Shown here: piece by piece, positions 54,569 to 64,000 of the stretch
How the letters are laid out: the number at the start of each line of letters is the position of its first letter
Position numbering within the stretch: the stretch's first letter is position 1
DNA from: Gammaproteobacteria bacterium
Lineage (GTDB): Bacteria > Pseudomonadota > Gammaproteobacteria > Eutrophobiales > Eutrophobiaceae
Direction of reading: 5' to 3'
DNA: 64,000 nucleotides
Assembly: GCA_965238225.1 (NCBI GenBank)
Contig: OZ250183.1
Span: forward strand, 384,001 to 448,000
Notes under the pieces: generated by a model
Database searches by the model: none
What the model saw: only the letters and a program-made list of their open reading frames with translations
Told to the model about the DNA's origin: nothing
Position numbers and translations under genes: made by a program

Positions 54569-55651
54569 ATGTTGCTCTGGCTAACTGAATACCTCGCGCA
54601 ATTTTATAGTGGTTTTAATGTTTTTCAATATCTGACTTTACGCACAATTTTTGGTGTATTGACATCGCTTTTCATTTCATTGTTTGTTGGACCTTATTTG
54701 ATAAAGCGATTGAATGAACACCAGATAGGGCAAAGTGTCAGAGATGACGGCCCAAGCTCGCATCTGTCAAAATCCGGAACGCCGACTATGGGCGGTCTGT
54801 TGATTTTGATATCGATTACGGTAAGCACGTTATGTTGGGCTGACCTAAGTAATCGATTTGTTATTGTCGTCTTACTGGTAACACTGGCCTTTGGTGTGGT
54901 CGGCTGGGTTGATGATTATCGCAAGGTTGTTGAGCAGAATTCAAAGGGTTTACCATGGGGGTATAAATATTTTTGGCAATCAGTTGTTGGCTTTATTGCC
55001 GCCATATATCTCTATAATAACGCTGGTTCTCTCGTTGAGACCCAGCTGATTATTCCTTTCATTAAAGATGTAACGATAAATCTTGGTTGGATGTACGTTG
55101 TGCTATCTTATTGCGTTATCGTTGGCAGCAGTAATGCGGTGAATCTTACGGATGGATTGGACGGACTTGCCATTTTGCCCACTGTTCTAGTTTCGGGCGC
55201 TTTAGCGATATTTGCTTATACTGCAGGTCATGTTTATTTCGCAGAGTATCTAGGTGTTCCCTATGTAGAAGGCGTCGGGGAGGTTGCAGTATTTTGTGCT
55301 GCGATAGTTGGTGCGGGACTGGGATTCTTGTGGTTTAACACTTATCCGGCACAGGTTTTTATGGGCGATATCGGCGCATTGGCATTGGGCGCTGCACTAG
55401 GCATTGTTGCAGTAGTAGTCCGTCAGGAATTGGTGCTGTTTATCATGGGCGGCGTGTTTGTGGCGGAAACTTTTTCTGTCATTCTGCAAATTGGTTCTTA
55501 TAAATTAATTGGCAAGAGAATTTTTCGTATGGCACCGCTGCATCACCATTACGAGTTGAAAGGTTGGCCAGAGCCAAGAGTGATTGTCCGTTTCTGGATA
55601 ATTACTGTAATACTTGTATTGATTGGTCTTGCCAGTTTGAAAGTGAGGTGA
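54569..55651 (+). CDS. mraY: Phospho-N-acetylmuramoyl-pentapeptide transferase
   Basis: [32 protein letters not shown]. Confidence 0.98.
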   Translation: MLLWLTEYLAQFYSGFNVFQYLTLRTIFGVLTSLFISLFVGPYLIKRLNEHQIGQSVRDDGPSSHLSKSGTPTMGGLLILISITVSTLCWADLSNRFVIVVLLVTLAFGVVGWVDDYRKVVEQNSKGLPWGYKYFWQSVVGFIAAIYLYNNAGSLVETQLIIPFIKDVTINLGWMYVVLSYCVIVGSSNAVNLTDGLDGLAILPTVLVSGALAIFAYTAGHVYFAEYLGVPYVEGVGEVAVFCAAIVGAGLGFLWFNTYPAQVFMGDIGALALGAALGIVAVVVRQELVLFIMGGVFVAETFSVILQIGSYKLIGKRIFRMAPLHHHYELKGWPEPRVIVRFWIITVILVLIGLASLKVR

Positions 55652-55661
55652 GGCAAGAATT

Positions 55662-57053
55662 TTGGAACGTACAGAGACGATTGCTGTTGAAATGACACAG
55701 ACAAACAAACAATTTAATACTGTTGTTGTGGGTCTTGGTAAGACAGGTTTTTCTTGCGCACGATATCTGGCCGCACAAGGAATGAATTTTGCGGTCACGG
55801 ATAGTCGTGATGAACCGCCTATGTTGAATGATATGAAAGCAACTTTACCTGATATTCCGTTATCTTTGGGTGAATTTGATAAATCTTTATTAACAAATGC
55901 TGATCATTTGTTGGTAAGTCCTGGGGTATCTTTGCGAGATGATGCCATCGTTGAGGCCATTGACTCAGGTGCCGAAGTATTTGGTGACATTGAATTGTTT
56001 TGTCGAAATATTTCAGCTCCTGTTATTGCAGTTACAGGATCAAATGGCAAAAGCACCGTTACCACACTGGTTGCAGAAATGGCCAGAGCAGCTAATTTTA
56101 ATGTTGCTGAAGGTGGCAATTTAGGAATCCCTCCACTGGATTTACTTAGCGCTGCTGAACCTGATGTTTATGTGCTGGAATTATCAAGTTTCCAATTAGA
56201 GACAGTGACCTCATTGAATGCCATAGCATCCGTTGTTTTGAATATCTCACCAGATCATATGGATAGATATGCAAATTTGGAAGAATATAAAACGGCAAAG
56301 GAGCGCATTTACGGCGGTAGTGGAACAATAATTATTAATCTTGATGATCCTGCTGTCAGAAGCATGGCTCAAGCTAAAAGAGCTTGTGTTGGCTTTACCT
56401 TATTTGAACCTGAGTCAAATGATTATGGTGTGCGTGACTATGGTGGTATGCGCTGGATAGTGAAAGGCGCTGAAAGATTAATTCCTGAAAATGATCTTCG
56501 TATCAAAGGCAAACATAACATTACTAATGCGATGGCTGCGATGGCATTAGCGGCAACATTGGGCTGCCCTTGGGAGCCTATGTTAAGTGTGTTGCGTTCA
56601 TTCCGAGGCTTGGAGCATCGGTGTCAGTGGATTGCCGAGCATGAGAATATAGAATGGTTTAATGATTCCAAGGGTACGAATGTTGGCGCAACTTGTGCAG
56701 CTATTAAAGGTTTATCTGTAAATGAAAATATTATATTGATAGCAGGTGGTGACGGAAAGGGCGCAGATTTTTTAGAATTAGAGGGTGTTGCAGAAGGCAG
56801 ATTAAAGGCAGTTATAGTGCTGGGAAAAGATGGGTCTAAAATCGGCAAGGTGCTTATAAATGTAGTGCCAGTTCATTCTGTTGATAGTATAGAAATGGCG
56901 GTTGAGACTGCAGTAAAAATAGCAAAGGCTGAGGATATTGTTTTACTCTCGCCTGCATGTGCGAGTTTTGATATGTTTGAAAATTACGAAGCGCGCGGTG
57001 ATGCATTTATTGCAGCTGTCAAAAATATGATTGGCGATGAATGTCATGTATAG
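55662..57053 (+). CDS. murD: UDP-MurNAc-L-Ala--D-glutamate ligase
   Basis: GLGKTG, TGSNGKST, ELSSFQL, NDSKGTN, SPACASFDMF; ATG alternative at 55692. Confidence 0.97.
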   Translation: MERTETIAVEMTQTNKQFNTVVVGLGKTGFSCARYLAAQGMNFAVTDSRDEPPMLNDMKATLPDIPLSLGEFDKSLLTNADHLLVSPGVSLRDDAIVEAIDSGAEVFGDIELFCRNISAPVIAVTGSNGKSTVTTLVAEMARAANFNVAEGGNLGIPPLDLLSAAEPDVYVLELSSFQLETVTSLNAIASVVLNISPDHMDRYANLEEYKTAKERIYGGSGTIIINLDDPAVRSMAQAKRACVGFTLFEPESNDYGVRDYGGMRWIVKGAERLIPENDLRIKGKHNITNAMAAMALAATLGCPWEPMLSVLRSFRGLEHRCQWIAEHENIEWFNDSKGTNVGATCAAIKGLSVNENIILIAGGDGKGADFLELEGVAEGRLKAVIVLGKDGSKIGKVLINVVPVHSVDSIEMAVETAVKIAKAEDIVLLSPACASFDMFENYEARGDAFIAAVKNMIGDECHV

Positions 57054-58239
57054 ACAACAGCAAGCTATCCCAAAAAATTATTCATCAAATAAAAATGCCT
57101 TGTTTGGTTCTTATGATACTTTATTGATGACAACGATCATTCTTCTTGTTGGTCTTGGTCTTGTTATGGTTGCCTCATCGTCAATTGCCACAGCTGATCG
57201 TCAGTTTTATGAACCCTTATATTATTTTTGGCGACAATTCTTTGCAGTTGCGATTGGGTTATTTTTGATCGCTGTTATACCAAAGGTGCCTTTGTCCTTC
57301 TGGGAGCTCTTAAGCCTGCCGTTACTTGTTCTGGGCTTGTTATTGCTAATTTTGGTGTTAATCCCCGGGGTCGGTAAAGAGGTTAACGGGAGTATACGGT
57401 GGATTAGTATGGGTTCGTTTTCACTTCAAGCATCTGAGCCTGTTAAATTTTGTATCATTGCCTACCTTGCAAGCTACATGGTGCGTCATGGCGAGGATGT
57501 CAGGAATAATTTTACTGGATTTTTCAAACCTATTTTTGTGCTGGCAGCCACCGTAGGTTTATTGTTATTTGAACCAGACTACGGTTCTGGTGTTGTATTA
57601 CTTATCACAGTATTAGGTATGTTGTTTATAGGCGGTGTTCCACTTGTAAAGTTTTTTGCTGGAGTATCAGTAGTAATATTTGTTCTTGCGGGCTTGGCTG
57701 TGTCGTCACCTTATCGATTGCAGAGATTAATGAGTTTTTCTGATCCGTGGCAAGATCCTTTTGATAGCGGGTTTCAGTTGACCCAGGCTCTAATTGCATT
57801 CGGGCGCGGGGATTGGTTTGGGCTTGGTCTCGGTAGCAGTGTGCAAAAATTGTTTTATTTACCCGAGGCGCATACTGATTTTGTATTTTCTGTTTTTGCT
57901 GAAGAATTTGGATTATTGGGCTCAATAACCCTTATTTTATTATTCAGTTTTTTAGTCTGGCGCGCGTTTATAATCGGACACGTTGCTGAACAAATTGGAA
58001 GACTATTTGCAGCCTATCTAGCTTACGGAATTGGTTTGATTATTGGCGTTCAGGCGTTCATTAACATGGGCGTTAATCTTGGCGTTTTACCTACCAAAGG
58101 ATTGACCTTGCCTCTAATTAGTTATGGCGGTAATAGCGTGATAACTAGCTGTTTCCTGCTGGGTATTTTATTGCGGGTAGAAGTAGAAAATCGACAGACA
58201 AGAAAACCATTTGCTAGGAGAAAATCCTATACAAAATAG
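57031..58239 (+). CDS. ftsW: SEDS peptidoglycan polymerase FtsW
   Basis: LQASE..K, EPDYG, YLPEAHTDF, PTKGLTLPLISYGG; the start may be ATG 57037 or 57046. Confidence 0.97.
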   Translation: MAMNVMYRQQQAIPKNYSSNKNALFGSYDTLLMTTIILLVGLGLVMVASSSIATADRQFYEPLYYFWRQFFAVAIGLFLIAVIPKVPLSFWELLSLPLLVLGLLLLILVLIPGVGKEVNGSIRWISMGSFSLQASEPVKFCIIAYLASYMVRHGEDVRNNFTGFFKPIFVLAATVGLLLFEPDYGSGVVLLITVLGMLFIGGVPLVKFFAGVSVVIFVLAGLAVSSPYRLQRLMSFSDPWQDPFDSGFQLTQALIAFGRGDWFGLGLGSSVQKLFYLPEAHTDFVFSVFAEEFGLLGSITLILLFSFLVWRAFIIGHVAEQIGRLFAAYLAYGIGLIIGVQAFINMGVNLGVLPTKGLTLPLISYGGNSVITSCFLLGILLRVEVENRQTRKPFARRKSYTK

Positions 58240-59314
58240 ACCAATCTTAATTATGGCAGGCGGTACTGGCGGGCACATTTACCCAGCCTTGGCAGTCGCA
58301 AATTGCCTGCATGAAAGAAATATTCCTACCTTATGGCTTGGAACCAAAAAGGGGCTGGAGGCAAAAATAGTTCCGCAGCATGGGCTTAAATTACTTACTA
58401 TTAACATTAGTGGCTTACGCGGTAAGGGGTTTGTGCGCTGGCTCACTGCGCCACTTTCAATATTGATGGCGATAGTTCAATCAATCTTTGTTTTAAATCA
58501 GCACAAACCTGCTGCCGTTTTAGGTATGGGTGGTTTTGTAAGTGGTCCTGGAGGAATTGCTGCATGGTTAATGCGTATACCTTTGTGCGTGCACGAACAA
58601 AATGCCGCCGCCGGTTTGACTAACAAGCTACTGGCGCCATTTGCCGATATTGTTATGGAGGCCTTTCCAAATACATTTTCATCATCAGTCAATGCAAATA
58701 TGACAGGCAACCCTGTGCGTGAAGAAATCATAGGAATTTCTGATCCGCAAGAGCGTTTTCAAAATCGACCTAATGATTGTTTGCATATTTTGGTAGTGGG
58801 AGGAAGTCGTGGATCTAGGACATTGAACGAAGTTGTTCCTGAGGCACTTTCCATTTTTTGTGAAGATATGAATTTTCAGGTAAAACATCAAACAGGCGAT
58901 AGAAATCTGCAATCTACTAAAGCCCTTTATCAGTCTTTGAATATTTCTGTTGATCTGCAGGCCTATATAGATGATATGGCTGCAGCATATGAGTGGGCTG
59001 ATCTGGTTTTGTGTAGATCTGGCGCAATGACAGTGGCAGAAATTGCAGCGGTTGGTGTTGCTGCAATCTTCATCCCATATCCTTATGCAGCAGATGATCA
59101 TCAAACTGCTAATGCACATTATCTCAGTGCTGAAGGTGCTGCTATTTTAATTCAGGAAGCAGAATTAAATAGCCAGGTCTTAGCTGAATTATTCAAAGAT
59201 TTCTCACTGAATCGGGATAGTTTGTTGAGGATGGCCAATACTTCTCGATCTTTATCCATGCGGGTAGCGACAGGCCATGTTACAGATTTGTGTATAGAGG
59301 TGGCTTATGCCTGA
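58211..59314 (+). CDS. murG: Undecaprenyl-PP-MurNAc-pentapeptide GlcNAc transferase
   Basis: MAGGTGGH, HEQN, GNPVR, GGSRG, DDHQTANA; start uncertain (TTG 58211 or ATA 58229). Confidence 0.96.
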   Translation: MLGENPIQNRPILIMAGGTGGHIYPALAVANCLHERNIPTLWLGTKKGLEAKIVPQHGLKLLTINISGLRGKGFVRWLTAPLSILMAIVQSIFVLNQHKPAAVLGMGGFVSGPGGIAAWLMRIPLCVHEQNAAAGLTNKLLAPFADIVMEAFPNTFSSSVNANMTGNPVREEIIGISDPQERFQNRPNDCLHILVVGGSRGSRTLNEVVPEALSIFCEDMNFQVKHQTGDRNLQSTKALYQSLNISVDLQAYIDDMAAAYEWADLVLCRSGAMTVAEIAAVGVAAIFIPYPYAADDHQTANAHYLSAEGAAILIQEAELNSQVLAELFKDFSLNRDSLLRMANTSRSLSMRVATGHVTDLCIEVAYA

Positions 59315-60731
59315 ATACAGGAATTCTGCCTCGGGTGATAATGCCATGGGTCGGGTAAATCGTATTCATTTTGTAGGTATTGGCGGCGCGGGTATGAGTG
59401 GCATCGCTGAGGTATTGTATAATCTGGGTTATCAGGTATCTGGATCCGACCAGCGGGAAAGTCTTGTGACTAAGCACTTATTTTCGCTCGGTATCAATAT
59501 TAAAATTGCTCACGATCCTGTTCAGGTGGATGGTTGCGATGTAGTAGTTATTTCCAGCGCTATCGCCGCTGATAATCCTGAATTGCTTGAAGCGCGGGCA
59601 AAAAAAATACCCGTAATACCGCGTGCAGAAATGTTGGCAGAATTGATGCGGTTTCAGCAAGGAATTGCTGTCGCAGGGACGCATGGCAAGACAACAACAA
59701 CAAGCCTGATTGCCAGTATTCTTGCAGAAGGTGGGCTTGATCCGACTTATGTGATTGGTGGCTTACTTAACAGTTCTGGATCACATGCTTGTTTAGGCAC
59801 AGGAAAATATATGGTTGTCGAGGCAGATGAAAGCGATGCTTCTTTTTTACATCTACAACCGATGATTGCGATCCTTACGAATGTAGATGCCGACCATCTT
59901 GAAACCTATGGCGGCGATATTAATTGTTTGCAAGAAAATTTTATTGAGTTTCTTCATCACCTGCCTTTTTATGGCTTGGCTGTTATTTGTCTGGATGATG
60001 CAGGTGTCAGAAAAATAATGAGGGATATTCTCAAGCCTTTCAAGACATATGGTTTTGACGTAAACGCAGATTATTTTGCACATAATATTCGCCACCAAGG
60101 ACAGCAAAGTTGTTTTCAGGTTGCGCACGCAGATAAAAAAGAATGGCTACAAGTAAAATTAAATTTGTTGGGCAAACACAATATTTTGAATGCGTTGGCA
60201 GCAATTGTCGTGGCACATGAAGTGGGTATTGCCGATGAATCAATTATTACCGCGCTTGCTGAATTTCAAGGTATCGACAGACGTTGCCAAGTTCTTGGTG
60301 AAATAAATATTCAAAACAAAAAAATTCTGCTTGTTGATGATTATGCGCATCACCCTCGTGAAATAGATACAACATTACAGGGGGTTCGGCAAGGATGGCC
60401 CAATAAACGTATTGTCGTTATTTTCCAGCCACATCGTTTTACAAGAACCAGAGATTTATTTGAAGATTTTTGTCTGGCGCTCTCCGAGCCTGACAGGTTG
60501 TTATTGTTGGATATCTACGGTGCAGGAGAAAATCCTATTACTGGCGCTGATAGCAGGTCACTGTGCCGAGCAATTCGCCAGAGAGGCCAGGTTGATCCAA
60601 TTTTCGTTGAGCAACATGAAGAAATACCACAATTACTGGAAAGTCTTATTGAAGAAAATGATTTGTTGCTGGTGTTAGGTGCGGGAAATGTTAGTACGGT
60701 ATCTGTGAATTTGTTACAGCAGTATGGCTAA
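59307..60731 (+). CDS. murC: UDP-N-acetylmuramate--L-alanine ligase
   Basis: HFVGIGGAGMSG, GTHGKTTTT, EADESD, DDYAHHP, FQPHR. Confidence 0.98.
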   Translation: MPEYRNSASGDNAMGRVNRIHFVGIGGAGMSGIAEVLYNLGYQVSGSDQRESLVTKHLFSLGINIKIAHDPVQVDGCDVVVISSAIAADNPELLEARAKKIPVIPRAEMLAELMRFQQGIAVAGTHGKTTTTSLIASILAEGGLDPTYVIGGLLNSSGSHACLGTGKYMVVEADESDASFLHLQPMIAILTNVDADHLETYGGDINCLQENFIEFLHHLPFYGLAVICLDDAGVRKIMRDILKPFKTYGFDVNADYFAHNIRHQGQQSCFQVAHADKKEWLQVKLNLLGKHNILNALAAIVVAHEVGIADESIITALAEFQGIDRRCQVLGEINIQNKKILLVDDYAHHPREIDTTLQGVRQGWPNKRIVVIFQPHRFTRTRDLFEDFCLALSEPDRLLLLDIYGAGENPITGADSRSLCRAIRQRGQVDPIFVEQHEEIPQLLESLIEENDLLLVLGAGNVSTVSVNLLQQYG

Positions 60732-60736
60732 AAGAA

Positions 60737-61774
60737 GTGATTGAGAGAATTTTTGAGAAAACTAAGGTGCTAAGTGAAACAAAAGAATTCTATGAACTAT
60801 CGAGCCTATGTGAAATATTAGCGCTTAATAACACTGGGTCTATGAGAAAAAAATATTCGAAAAAATGCAGCGGGCTAGATATCGAAGTACGCGGTGTCAT
60901 AAATCTGAATGAGCCTATGAAAAAGCATACTTCATGGAGAGCAGGAGGCCATGCTGAACGTTACTTTAAGCCAGCTGATGTTGATGATCTCTATTCTTTT
61001 CTCAAACAAGTGCCAGCGGACGAACCCCTTTTATGGTTTGGTCTTGGCAGCAATCTTCTGGTGCGCGATGGAGGATTGCGAGGAACAGTTATCGCATGCT
61101 CAAAAGTATTGGATGATCTGCATATTTATGATGATGTCAGTATACATGTTGGTGCCGGAGTTGCTTGCGCGAAAGTCGCACGCATGAGTGTAAAAGATGG
61201 CTTATCGGGTGCTGAATTCTTGGCTGGCATTCCCGGAACAATGGGCGGTGCTTTGGCGATGAATGCAGGAGCATTTGGTGAGGAAACCTGGAATATTGTT
61301 CGTAGTGTTGAAACCATCGATAGACAAGGGCAGCGAATTAAAAGAGCTGCATCAGATTTTGAGACAGCTTATCGGCATGTGAATTTGTTCAAGGGTGAGT
61401 GGTTTATTTCCGCAGAGTTGTTACTTGCTCGAGATGAAGATACCAACGGCTTGGAGCGAATGCAGGCATTATTAAATCAGCGAGCAAAAAACCAACCGAT
61501 AGGAAAGACAAGTTGTGGTTCTGTATTCTGTAACCCTGAAAGTGATTATGCGGCGAGACTAATAGAAGCCAGCGGGCTTAAAGGCCAAACAATCGGCAGC
61601 GCTTGCGTATCTGATAAACATGCGAATTTTATTATCAACATGGGAGGTGCAAGTGCTCAAGATATTGAATCTTTGATATTGTTTATTCAAGAAAAAGTAA
61701 AGCTTGCTCATGGTATTTATTTGGTTCCTGAAGTCAGGATTGTTGGCGAACACGAAAAGTATGACAGGTCTTGA
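60737..61774 (+). CDS. murB: UDP-N-acetylenolpyruvoylglucosamine reductase
   Basis: HTSWRAGG, GLGSNLLVRDGG, GIPGTMGG..MNAGA, CGSVF, KHANF; the real start is probably downstream (e.g. ATG 60842). Confidence 0.95.
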   Translation: MIERIFEKTKVLSETKEFYELSSLCEILALNNTGSMRKKYSKKCSGLDIEVRGVINLNEPMKKHTSWRAGGHAERYFKPADVDDLYSFLKQVPADEPLLWFGLGSNLLVRDGGLRGTVIACSKVLDDLHIYDDVSIHVGAGVACAKVARMSVKDGLSGAEFLAGIPGTMGGALAMNAGAFGEETWNIVRSVETIDRQGQRIKRAASDFETAYRHVNLFKGEWFISAELLLARDEDTNGLERMQALLNQRAKNQPIGKTSCGSVFCNPESDYAARLIEASGLKGQTIGSACVSDKHANFIINMGGASAQDIESLILFIQEKVKLAHGIYLVPEVRIVGEHEKYDRS

Positions 61775-62687
61775 AAAGACAATTCAATTTGGGAAGGTGG
61801 CCGTAATGATGGGTGGTTCATCAACTGAGCGGGAAATTTCTCTGCAGAGTGGGCGGGCAGTTTTCGAAGCTTTGCAACGGCAAAAAATTGATGCCCATAT
61901 TGTTGACCCCTGTGAAAATTTAATGACGCAACTTATAAATGGAAAATTTGATCGTGTGTTTATCGTTTTACATGGAAGGGGAGGTGAAGATGGTTTGATG
62001 CAAGGGTTGTTGGAAATTTTGGAACTACCTTACACAGGCAGTGGCGTGCTTGGCTCTTCTTTAGCTATGGATAAGTGTAGAAGCAAGCGAATTTGGCAAA
62101 GCCATGAATTACCTACACCAGCGTTTATTGAATTGAATGAGCACTCTGATTGGCAAGCTGTTGTTGAATATTTAGGACTGCCTCTAATTGTTAAGCCCGT
62201 CAGGGAGGGCTCTAGCTATGGTGCCAGTAAGGTTAATGAATCAGGTGAATTGGAAAGTGCCTGGCGAAAAGCGCATGAATATGACGGGAGAGTGATGGCT
62301 GAGTCATGGACTACAGGAGATGAATATGCTGTTTCTATTTTGGGCGATGAAGTATTGCCTATGATTAGGCTGGAAACCCCGAGAGAATTTTATGATTATG
62401 AAGCTAAATATATTGCAGATACAACACAGTACCATTGCCCCTGTGGGCTTGATACTGATATTGAGAATGAATTAGGTAAGTTGGCATTTGCAGCCTTTAA
62501 GGTATTGGCTGCCAGTGGCTGGGGGCGTGTCGATTTCATTTTAGATACTGAAGATAAACCATGGTTAATAGAAGTGAATACGGTTCCGGGGATGACCGGT
62601 CATAGTTTGGCACCCATGTCTGCAAAGCAGGCAGGCATGAGTTTTGATGATTTAACATTAAGGATATTAGCATCCAGTTTGCAATGA
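61761..62687 (+). CDS. ddlB: D-alanine--D-alanine ligase
   Basis: GGSSTEREISL, LHGRGGEDG, EGSS, FYDYEAKY, EVNTVPG. Confidence 0.96.
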   Translation: MTGLEKTIQFGKVAVMMGGSSTEREISLQSGRAVFEALQRQKIDAHIVDPCENLMTQLINGKFDRVFIVLHGRGGEDGLMQGLLEILELPYTGSGVLGSSLAMDKCRSKRIWQSHELPTPAFIELNEHSDWQAVVEYLGLPLIVKPVREGSSYGASKVNESGELESAWRKAHEYDGRVMAESWTTGDEYAVSILGDEVLPMIRLETPREFYDYEAKYIADTTQYHCPCGLDTDIENELGKLAFAAFKVLAASGWGRVDFILDTEDKPWLIEVNTVPGMTGHSLAPMSAKQAGMSFDDLTLRILASSLQ

Positions 62688-62703
62688 TAACGAGCAATTT
62701 TTT

Positions 62704-63477
62704 ATGCAAGCAGTAACAATAGATAGAAATACAAATAGCGATCTTGGTAAACAAGATCGTTCTGGTTATAGCGCCAATTTGGTTGGTGGTTTAATGGCTG
62801 CGTTAGTGACTACTGTTATTGCTACTGGTTTTTTATGGATGATGAAACCAGCAACGCTTCCAATCAGACAGGTTCATATTGAAGGGGAATTTCTGAGACT
62901 TGATACATTGCGTTTGAAGGATTTGGTTACTGATAAGGTAAGAGGTGGATTTTTTAATATAGATGTTGCGGCGATACGTAATTCATTAGTAGCTTTACCT
63001 TGGGTCAATGATGTGTCAGTTCATAGAATATGGCCGGATGGATTAAGAGTTATCGTCAACGAACAAATAGCTTTTGCCAAGTGGAATAAAGCTGGTTTAT
63101 TGAATGAAAAAAGTCAATATTTCTCGCCAAAGAAAGATACTTTCCCTCAGGGTTTGCCATTTTTAGAAGGGTCTGAAGGTTCACAGGAATTATTATTAGA
63201 ACGATTTAATTTACTAAAAAAAACTTATGGTTTATCTGTGGTGCGGCTACAGCTTGATGATCGACGTGCTTGGAAATTCGAACTGAAAAATGGATTAAGT
63301 GTTGTGCTAGGTAGAAGAGACTTCGAGGATAGAGCAGAACGGTTTGTGAATGTAGTTATGAATAATCTGGGTGAAAAATTACTTCAGGCTAGCGAGATTG
63401 ATATGCGTTACACCAATGGCTTTGCTGTTCGTTGGAAACAACAAGTCACTGAACATATGCAAAGCGGAGTTAACTAA
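62704..63477 (+). CDS. ftsQ: Cell division protein FtsQ
   Basis: TM plus POTRA (LPWV..VSV.R.WPD), DMRYTNGFAVRW. Confidence 0.95.
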   Translation: MQAVTIDRNTNSDLGKQDRSGYSANLVGGLMAALVTTVIATGFLWMMKPATLPIRQVHIEGEFLRLDTLRLKDLVTDKVRGGFFNIDVAAIRNSLVALPWVNDVSVHRIWPDGLRVIVNEQIAFAKWNKAGLLNEKSQYFSPKKDTFPQGLPFLEGSEGSQELLLERFNLLKKTYGLSVVRLQLDDRRAWKFELKNGLSVVLGRRDFEDRAERFVNVVMNNLGEKLLQASEIDMRYTNGFAVRWKQQVTEHMQSGVN

Positions 63478-63480
63478 ATA

Positions 63481-64000
63481 ATGACGAAAAAGATAGACAA
63501 GGATCTTATCGTTGGTTTGGATATCGGGACATCCAAAGTGGTTGCGATTGTTGGTGAAATTTCCAATGATGAGATAGAAATCATTGGTTTAGGCTCTAGT
63601 CTGTCTCGAGGTCTTAAGAAGGGCGTCGTCGTTAATATAGAGTCAACGGTATATTCCATACAACGTGCAATAGAAGAAGCTGAATTGATGGCGGGATGTG
63701 AAATACATTCTGTATTCGCAGGTATCGCAGGCAGTCATATCCGCAGCCTTAATTCTCATGGAATAGTTGCAATTCGAGATCACGAAGTTGCGATGAGCGA
63801 TGTTGATCGTGTTATTGACGCAGCACGTGCTGTTGCAATCCCTGCGGATCAGAAAATCTTGCATATCCTGCCACAGGAATTTGTGATTGATCACCAAGAA
63901 GGTATCAAGGAACCAATTGGCATGTCTGGGGTTAGGCTTGAGGCAAAAGTTCATATGGTGACTGGATCAGTCAGTGCAGCACAAAACATCACCAAGTGTG
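63481..64000 (+). CDS. ftsA: Cell division protein FtsA (3'-truncated by the window)
   Basis: MTKKIDKDLIVGLDIGTSKV, GLKKGVVVNIE, GIAGSHI, PIGMSGVRLE; not in the ORF track. Confidence 0.97.
   Translation, partial: MTKKIDKDLIVGLDIGTSKVVAIVGEISNDEIEIIGLGSSLSRGLKKGVVVNIESTVYSIQRAIEEAELMAGCEIHSVFAGIAGSHIRSLNSHGIVAIRDHEVAMSDVDRVIDAARAVAIPADQKILHILPQEFVIDHQEGIKEPIGMSGVRLEAKVHMVTGSVSAAQNITKC

Overview
An AT-rich gammaproteobacterial core-chromosome segment. It carries valS-holC-pepA / lptFG, pcnB-folK-dNK-panBCD, queA-tgt-yajC-secDF, pdxB-purN, bolA-murA-hisGD, a DegS-like protease, petABC-sspAB, the yraP-gmhA-yraN-lpoA-rsmI block, rnpB and the dcw cluster from mraZ to a partial ftsA. Two tRNA genes, Glu(CTC) and Leu(CAA), each have accessory DNA at their 3' end. 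After tRNA-Glu lies a decayed islet: a Fic-gene remnant with 40-nt-periodic palindromes and an attC-like site. After tRNA-Leu lies an intact type III R-M pair. Other accessory items are a ParD-like/RelE-ParE TA module whose toxin is frameshifted in a T7 run, an MMPL/RND transporter beside an orphan MlaC, and a higher-GC lipoprotein subtilase (autotransporter-like) between rsmI and rnpB, preceded by tandem repeats. Signs of genome erosion include a hisC pseudogene, an apparent ATA start for murG and substitutions in conserved motifs, which suggests a host-associated lineage (inference). Gene identities come from motif recognition and gene order, not database searches. No CRISPR array, rRNA, integrase or transposase was seen. 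No new system is demonstrated; the best leads are the subtilase locus, the Fic/attC islet, the MMPL-MlaC pair and a possible PopZ-like gene before valS.
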